A stretch of 38,469 nt of DNA from a virus (lineage: Duplodnaviria; Caudoviricetes). This document shows, piece after piece, positions 32,936-38,469 of this stretch. The translations under genes and the position numbers were made by a program. Location: the IMG/VR virus record IMGVR_UViG_3300037045_000087, positions 1-38,469 of that record. One strand, written 5' to 3'. The notes beneath the pieces were generated by a model that saw nothing but the letters and a program-made list of their open reading frames with translations, did no database searches and was not told the DNA's origin. Position 1 is the stretch's first letter, and each line of letters starts with the position of its first letter.

Positions 32936-33768
32936 ACTTGCAAGACGCTGACTCCCTGGTCGGGGCTGGCTTAATCGCCAACCTCGACATCGAGGCGTAC
33001 CACTCTGGCCCTGGGGTCAGCAAGTCCCTTCTGGACAAGATCGACCAAAGCCCTGCCCACTACCTCTACGCGAAGGCGGCCCCGAAAAAGGACCCGACCC
33101 CCGCGCAGCGCATTGGGACCCTGGCCCATACCGCGATTCTGGAGCCCCACAAGCTGAAGACGGTCGTGGGGCCTGACCTGAACAAGAACGCCAAGGAGTG
33201 GAAGGCCTTCGTGGCCGAGGCCAAGGCCTCTGGCCTGGAGGTTGTCAGCAAGGACGAACAGGAGCTCCTGGAGGGCATGGCGCGGTCGATCCAGTGCCAC
33301 CCTTCTGCCTCCTGGCTGATCGGAACCCCTGGGAAGGTTGAAAACTCCGCATACTGGACGGACCCTTCGACGGGGCTCCTGTGCCGCTGCCGCCCGGACA
33401 AGCTCCTGGTGACGGAAAAGGGCCTGGTCCTGGTTGACCTGAAGACGACCGAGGACGCCAGCGAGGCTGAGTTCTCCAAGTCCATCGAAAACTTCCGCTA
33501 TCATGTCCAGGCCGCGTTCTACTCTGACGGGATCGAAACCGTCCTGCGCGAACATGTCTCCGCCTTTGTGTTCCTGGCCGTGGAGAAAAAGGCCCCCTAT
33601 GCCGTTGCCTGCTACCAGCTGGCGGACATCGACATCGAGGATGGCCGCGAGGCGTACCAGGCCAACCTCTTCCAGCTTGAAGAGTGCCTGCGGAAAAATG
33701 AGTGGCCTGGATACTCGACCAGAATTGAAACCATCACCCGGCCCTCTTGGGCCAAGAGGAGGAAATAA
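32929..33768 (+). CDS. RecE/exonuclease VIII-like PD-(D/E)XK nuclease (DUF3799-like)
   Basis: YHSGPGVSKS.L, GTLAHTAILEP, CRCRPD, VDLKTT and YHVQAAFY motifs. Confidence 0.92.
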   Translation: MLNLQDADSLVGAGLIANLDIEAYHSGPGVSKSLLDKIDQSPAHYLYAKAAPKKDPTPAQRIGTLAHTAILEPHKLKTVVGPDLNKNAKEWKAFVAEAKASGLEVVSKDEQELLEGMARSIQCHPSASWLIGTPGKVENSAYWTDPSTGLLCRCRPDKLLVTEKGLVLVDLKTTEDASEAEFSKSIENFRYHVQAAFYSDGIETVLREHVSAFVFLAVEKKAPYAVACYQLADIDIEDGREAYQANLFQLEECLRKNEWPGYSTRIETITRPSWAKRRK

Positions 33769-33770
33769 CC

Positions 33771-34814
33771 ATGGAAACGACTCAAACCCCTGTAGCCCCG
33801 CCCGCCCCTCCGGTGGATCTCCTGGCCCTGCCGAATATGGCCGTGAACCTGGAAACGTCCCACGGCTTCGCCATAGTCCAGCGCATTGCCGGAATGCTGT
33901 CCATGTCCACCCTGGTGCCGAAGGAGTACCAGGGAAAGCAGAACCTTTCGAACTGCATTATTGCCTTGAATATGGCCTACAGGCTTGGGGCCGACCCCCT
34001 GATGGTCATTCAAAATTTGTACGTTGTGCACGGACGGCCGGGATGGTCGAGCCAGTTCTTGATTGCCACCTTCAACAAGTCGGGTCGGTTTTCGGCCCTG
34101 CGGTATGAGTTTGTCGGGACGCGGGGCCAGGACTCCTGGGGATGCTTTGCCTACGCGACGGAACTTTCCACCGGGGAAGTGCTCCAGGGCACGACTGTGA
34201 CCCTGGGGACTGCCAAGGCCGAGGGCTGGCTCTCGAAGAATGGCTCCAAGTGGGGGACGATGCCGGAGCAGATGCTCCGCTACCGCGCGGCCTCCTGGTT
34301 CATCCGGGCCTATGCCCCGGAGATCGCGATGGGGCTCCTGACTGCCGAGGAGGTTCACGACACCTATGATGCCACGCCAGACAAGAGCGGGACTTATTCC
34401 CTGGACCTGAACGAGTTGGTCGTGCCGATGAACCAGGCCGACCTCCCTGGAACGGTGATCGGCCCCGATGAGTCGGAGCCCCTGGTCGATATTCCTGATT
34501 CCCTGCCCCCCCGGGCCGAGTGGGAGAAGAAAAACGCCCCGGCGGCTGGTGCGCCTTTCGACCTGGAGCCCCAGGCCCCTGCCCCTGAACCTGCCCCGCC
34601 TGCTGGCACGGGCGAGAAGAAAAACGGACGGGCCAAGGCTGCCGAGCTTGACGATATGCGCGAGGCCCTGGGGCTGGAGATTGCCGAAAAGGGTGTCTCG
34701 CTGTCGGTGGTCGAAAAGGCCGTGGGCGAGTTCCAGAACCGCTGGAGCCTGAAGGACATGGAGCGGATCAAAAACTTCATCGTGCCCAACCTGATGGGCG
34801 AAAAGCGGGGTTGA
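33771..34814 (+). CDS. RecT/Bet-like single-strand annealing protein
   Basis: NCIIALNMA...PLMVIQNLYVVHGRP and W..MPEQML.YRAA motifs; directly after the exonuclease. Confidence 0.8.
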   Translation: METTQTPVAPPAPPVDLLALPNMAVNLETSHGFAIVQRIAGMLSMSTLVPKEYQGKQNLSNCIIALNMAYRLGADPLMVIQNLYVVHGRPGWSSQFLIATFNKSGRFSALRYEFVGTRGQDSWGCFAYATELSTGEVLQGTTVTLGTAKAEGWLSKNGSKWGTMPEQMLRYRAASWFIRAYAPEIAMGLLTAEEVHDTYDATPDKSGTYSLDLNELVVPMNQADLPGTVIGPDESEPLVDIPDSLPPRAEWEKKNAPAAGAPFDLEPQAPAPEPAPPAGTGEKKNGRAKAAELDDMREALGLEIAEKGVSLSVVEKAVGEFQNRWSLKDMERIKNFIVPNLMGEKRG

Positions 34815-34815
34815 T

Positions 34816-35079
34816 ATGGCGATCAAGGGAAGAATTGACAACACCGGGGGGCTACTGCTTGGGCGGCCCCGGAAGCCCCTTGCGGGCGTGGATATGTGGA
34901 CAGCGTTACTCTGCTGCTATTCCGAAAACGCTCGCCCTTGCGGCGATTGGTGTCCGCACTTTGCCGAGCCCATCCTCCTGAAGGGGGTCGTGGTTGAGAT
35001 TCGGCTCTGCCAGGGAACCAAGATCGGATTCCTCTGGAATGACTTCTCGGACGAAAGGACGGGGGCGGGCGATGTGTAA
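34816..35079 (+). CDS. Hypothetical Cys-containing protein
   Basis: CGDWCPHF; tight operon spacing. Confidence 0.6.
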   Translation: MAIKGRIDNTGGLLLGRPRKPLAGVDMWTALLCCYSENARPCGDWCPHFAEPILLKGVVVEIRLCQGTKIGFLWNDFSDERTGAGDV

Positions 35080-35257
35080 TTCTGGCCGCTGCCACTACGA
35101 GCGGTTCGACGGAACGTGTAAGGGGCGGCCTTGGGGCCGCTCCCTGCTTTTCCGGCCTGCCTGCATGGAAGAGGAGGACTTCGAGGCCTTCAAGGCCTCT
35201 GCTGAAGAGGACGCGATCCTCGAATATGAACTGAGCAAAGGAGATCCTGAAATATGA
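35072..35257 (+). CDS. Small hypothetical Cys-containing protein
   Basis: MCNSGRCHYERFDGTC...PAC; overlaps both neighbours. Confidence 0.5.
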   Translation: MCNSGRCHYERFDGTCKGRPWGRSLLFRPACMEEEDFEAFKASAEEDAILEYELSKGDPEI

Positions 35258-35517
35258 GCCAGCCCGAAACGTGCCCTGTAGAGGCCAGTAGAATTATCGA
35301 CCAGGAAACCTGGTTAGCCAAGGGCGTTTCCTGCCCCCACTGTGGGTCGGGCAACGTGGTCCTGATCAATGCCAAATGCGACGAACACCGGACTTCCAGC
35401 GTCGAGTTTTGTGACCCTGAAACTGGAGGCTGCGACAGGCTGTTTATGGTGGACGGAGTCTTCCGCCCCCCCACCTTTGTTTGCACAACCCATAAAATCG
35501 AGGGGCTTGGACAATGA
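35254..35517 (+). CDS. Zinc-ribbon protein
   Basis: CPHCG...FCDPETGGC; AAGGAG RBS. Confidence 0.65.
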   Translation: MSQPETCPVEASRIIDQETWLAKGVSCPHCGSGNVVLINAKCDEHRTSSVEFCDPETGGCDRLFMVDGVFRPPTFVCTTHKIEGLGQ

Positions 35518-36479
35518 GCGACGAAACTGCACTCGCAACAATAGGGCCTGAAACGGCCCTTTCTTTTTTCTCTGAGGGCCAGGGCGTGGAGCTCCTGGTC
35601 GAGGCTGTCCGAAACAGGGCCCTGGAGCTCATGCCCGCGGATCTGGATCTGACCACGGCCAAGGGCCGCGCCGAACTGGTGTCTGTGGCCTACAAGGTAG
35701 CCCGGACCAAGTCCGCCATTGACGATGTGGGGAAGGCCCTTGTCGCCGAGTACAAGGCGATCCCTGCCCGGATTGACGCCACCCGGAAGAGGCTGCGGGA
35801 CGAGCTCGATAACCTCAAGGCCGAGATTCGGAAGCCCGTGACCGAGTGGGAGGAAAAGGAGGCTGGAAGGGTTCAGGCCATAAAGGACCGGATCGACGGA
35901 ATACGCGCCCATTCCGGGGCCAGGGCCGAGTCCTCCGAGGAAATCATGGATCTGTTGAAGGGCGTCCAGGCCCTCCAGATTGACGACTCTTTCGAGGAGC
36001 TCCAGGGCGAGGCTGCCCTTGCCAAGGATGCTGTCCTGTCCCGGCTGTTTGAACGCCACGCGGCTGCCGTAGGTCGGGAGGCTGAAGAGAAGGAACGCGT
36101 CGAGAAGATGCGCGTCGAGCAGGAGGCCAGGGCCAAGATCGAGGCCGAAAAAAAGGCCGCCCTGGAGATCTCCGAGGCCGAGAAGCGAGAAGCCCAGGCC
36201 CTGCTTGCCAAGGAGAAGGCCGAGCGGGAGGCCGCCCAGGCGAAGGCCGATTCCGAAAAGAAGGCCCTGGAGGCTGTTGAGGCCGAAAAGCGCAGGGTTG
36301 CCCTGGAGGAGGCCAAGAAAAAGGCCGAGGAGGAGGCCCGGACCAAGGATGCGGAGCGACGCTTCCAGGTCCATTCCGAGATCCTGGAGGATCTGAAGGC
36401 CGTTGAAAGTGTGACCCCGTTCCTGATCCTGGAGGCGATCCGCGATGGTCGCGTCCGTCACCTGAAAATTGAATATTAG
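35514..36479 (+). CDS. Phage coiled-coil protein (A/E/K-rich)
   Basis: DLTTAKGR..L.SVAYKVARTK, IRKPVTEWE and terminal HLKIEY. Confidence 0.75.
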   Translation: MSDETALATIGPETALSFFSEGQGVELLVEAVRNRALELMPADLDLTTAKGRAELVSVAYKVARTKSAIDDVGKALVAEYKAIPARIDATRKRLRDELDNLKAEIRKPVTEWEEKEAGRVQAIKDRIDGIRAHSGARAESSEEIMDLLKGVQALQIDDSFEELQGEAALAKDAVLSRLFERHAAAVGREAEEKERVEKMRVEQEARAKIEAEKKAALEISEAEKREAQALLAKEKAEREAAQAKADSEKKALEAVEAEKRRVALEEAKKKAEEEARTKDAERRFQVHSEILEDLKAVESVTPFLILEAIRDGRVRHLKIEY

Positions 36480-36490
36480 CGAGGCAAACC

Positions 36491-37075
36491 ATGGAGCGAA
36501 TGGCCCTGAAATTTATCGGAACTGGACCGATCCTCATGCACAGTGATCGACTTGTGAACAGGTTCGACCCTCTGGCGAAAAAGTTCTCCGCGATCAGTGG
36601 GAAGAGAAAAAAGACAGATGACGACCATGAACAACTGGCCCGGATTGAGTGGGAGGGTGGGCTCTATCTCGACGATACTGTTGGCCCCTTTCTGCCTGGG
36701 AGGATGATCAAGTCCGCCCTGGTCGGGGCTGCGAAAAAGACGAAGGACGGCCCCAAAGTCAAGTCCGGTGTGCTGATTATGACCGACAAGGCCCCGCTTG
36801 AATATGACGGCCCCAGGACCATCGAAAAGCTCTGGAAGGATGGCCGCTTTGCTGATGCCCGGAGCGTTGTTGTTCAGCGGTCCAGGATTATGAGGTGCCG
36901 CCCGATCTTCAACGGCTGGTCTGCTGCGTTCGAGGTTGTGTTTGACCCTGCCGTAATTGACCGCGCCGACATTGTGAGGATCTCGGAAACCTGCGGGGCT
37001 CTGGTGGGAATAGGGGACTATCGCCCCGAAAATGGCGGCGACTTTGGCCGCTTCTCTGTGGAGGTTCTCAAATGA
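36491..37075 (+). CDS. Stand-alone minimal RAMP/Cas7-like protein; candidate effector of the adjacent GGY-NN array
   Basis: FIGTGPILMH first strand, PFLPGRMIKSAL (compare Cas7-group PxIPGSSxKG), RCRPIF..W...FEV and the C-terminal Gly loop GIGDYRPENGGDFGRFSV. Confidence 0.7.
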   Translation: MERMALKFIGTGPILMHSDRLVNRFDPLAKKFSAISGKRKKTDDDHEQLARIEWEGGLYLDDTVGPFLPGRMIKSALVGAAKKTKDGPKVKSGVLIMTDKAPLEYDGPRTIEKLWKDGRFADARSVVVQRSRIMRCRPIFNGWSAAFEVVFDPAVIDRADIVRISETCGALVGIGDYRPENGGDFGRFSVEVLK

Positions 37076-37524
37076 GCGATGCCCCGATCAGGTTGAACGA
37101 CCCCGTACTGTTCTCCCTGGAGCGATTCGCGGAAGAGGGCTTCACCTTTGGCGACGTTATTCCGAGGGCCTGGTTTGACGAGTGCTTTGGGATTGAGCCG
37201 CCCAGGACCGTGGCCGAGGCCTACGATGCCCAGGTCCTCTACATGAACCTGATGGGGGCCTTCCGCAAGCGGCTCCTGAACGACAGAAAAATGGCCCTGC
37301 GGTCAAAGCCTGGAGTGGGCCAGGAGATTGTCCGCCCCTCGGAACAAACGGCGTGGGCCGTAAATGAGTTTCGGGGGGCCTTGACCCTGGCCGTTGAGAA
37401 GGCCCGCGACCGACTGAAAAATATCGAACTCAGGACCCTGACAGATGAGGAGAAGCGGGCCAACGCGGACGCGATAGCCAAGCTGTCCTTTTTTGCCCGG
37501 AAGTCCTCCAGGGCGTTGCCGTAA
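37072..37524 (+). CDS. Hypothetical protein translationally coupled to the RAMP-like gene
   Basis: ATGA overlap; 150 aa; its stop codon abuts the array. Confidence 0.75.
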   Translation: MSDAPIRLNDPVLFSLERFAEEGFTFGDVIPRAWFDECFGIEPPRTVAEAYDAQVLYMNLMGAFRKRLLNDRKMALRSKPGVGQEIVRPSEQTAWAVNEFRGALTLAVEKARDRLKNIELRTLTDEEKRANADAIAKLSFFARKSSRALP

Positions 37525-37525
37525 G

Positions 37526-37837
37526 TTTCCCGCGGCTTGGTGATGTATGGCCTGGCGCGGCTAGGCGATGCGCGGCCTGGCGTGGCGAGGTTGATCCTGG
37601 GCATGATCTGAAAAGGCCCGAATTTTCTCATGGCGTTGCGTGGCAGGGTCCGGTTGGGCTCGGCAGGGCGCGGCAAGGACTATTTTTCCCTAGGCCTGGC
37701 AAGGCACGGCCTGGCGTGGTGGGGCGAGGCAAGGCAAGGGTCCTGGGCATGACGGTAAAAGGCCCGACTTTTCCCAAGGCCAGGACGGGCGCGGCTTGGC
37801 AAGGCGCGGCTTGGCGAGGCTTGGCAAGGCGAGGTTT
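37526..37837 (+). ncRNA. Array of four GGY-NN pentamer tracts; candidate guide-RNA array
   Basis: Tracts at 37534-37593, 37632-37676, 37693-37737 and 37778-37837, each preceded by TTTCYC-NN. Linker TCCTGGGCATGA-N4-AAAAGGCCCGA at 37595-37621 and 37741-37767. Confidence 0.8.
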
Positions 37838-37865
37838 TCTTTCACAACAAAAAATCGAGGTAAAT

Positions 37866-38306
37866 ATGGCTGGAAGTCTGAACAAGGTAATCCTGATCGG
37901 CCGCCTGGGGCGCGATCCTGAAGTCCGTTACACGCCCCAGGGCCAGCCTGTGGCTTCCTTCTCCCTGGCTACGGATGAGTCGTACAAGGGAAAGGATGGC
38001 CAGAAGGTTGAAAAAACGGAATGGCACAAGGTCGTGGTCTGGGGAAAGCAGGCCGAGTTCTGCGGAAAATACCTCTCCAAGGGCCGCCTGGCCTATGTTG
38101 AGGGCAAGCTCGAAACCCGGAAATGGACCGACAAGGACGGGGTGGAGAAGTACACCACCGAGATCAAGGCCGACAGGGTCATGGGGATGGACTCCAGGCC
38201 CGAAGGACAGGCCCAGGGGCAGGCTGCGGCGGCTGGTGGATACGATAAAAACTATGGCCCCGCCTTCCCTTCTGAACCGTCCGGGATGGACGATGCACCT
38301 TTTTAG
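37866..38306 (+). CDS. ssb: Single-stranded DNA-binding protein
   Basis: LNKVILIGRLGRDPEVRY, TEWH and VEGKLETRKW motifs; DDAPF tail; GAGG RBS. Confidence 0.97.
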   Translation: MAGSLNKVILIGRLGRDPEVRYTPQGQPVASFSLATDESYKGKDGQKVEKTEWHKVVVWGKQAEFCGKYLSKGRLAYVEGKLETRKWTDKDGVEKYTTEIKADRVMGMDSRPEGQAQGQAAAAGGYDKNYGPAFPSEPSGMDDAPF

Positions 38307-38376
38307 CGGAGGCTCCGAACAATGACTGATCCCATCTACTTGAAGGATCTCGGACTCATAACCCCGGAGGCTAGCG

Positions 38377-38469
38377 ATGGCGCTATCTGTTTCTGACATG
38401 CTCCCGGATGATGAGGGCCTGGGCTCCAAGATGAATCCGCGCACGCCGAAGTGCTCCGCTGAGGCGGAC
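38377..38469 (+). CDS. Start of a hypothetical protein, truncated by the window end
   Basis: GGAGG RBS; MALSVSDMLPDDEG... is open to the end. Confidence 0.45.
   Translation, partial: MALSVSDMLPDDEGLGSKMNPRTPKCSAEAD

Noticed and set aside
37526-37837. Canonical CRISPR array or simple microsatellite
   Set aside because: There are no 25-45 nt repeats with unique spacers apart from one duplicated linker, and no cas1/cas2. The NN positions are too diverse and the phase too strict for slippage repeats.
37239-37885. ORFs across the array (37239-37676 -, 37628-37885 -, and the 37716 N-terminal extension of ssb)
   Set aside because: They are low-complexity translations of a 5-nt repeat; ssb has its own RBS and ATG at 37866.
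38322-38396. 24-codon ORF MTDPIYLKDLG... after ssb
   Set aside because: It has a GGAGG RBS but is too short to support; it could be real or a frameshifted start of the next gene.

Overview
This window is most of a temperate, long-tailed (siphovirus-like) dsDNA phage genome, GC-rich; the host is probably a Desulfovibrionales-type deltaproteobacterium (inferred from the SSB C-terminus). It appears in the excised attP configuration: the integrase (+) is followed by an attP carrying the 5' half of tRNA-Thr(CGT) with its own promoter, then the tail and head genes (-). Next come an oppositely oriented portal/fibre/neck operon (+), then on the - strand a MuF-zincin fusion with a candidate immunity gene, the terminase genes enclosing a ParB fusion and a GT-A glycosyltransferase, the lysis genes, a Mor-like activator and replication genes. 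A cro/cI switch follows, then the early + strand operon (RecE/RecT-like, SSB). The most striking element is at 36491-37837: a stand-alone small RAMP/Cas7-like gene and an accessory gene, followed by a non-coding array of four tracts of GGY-NN pentamers. Each tract has a TTTCYC leader and two have the same hairpin linker. This looks like a phage-encoded RNA-guided system whose information is in the NN dinucleotides. All calls come from reading motifs by eye; no database searches were run.
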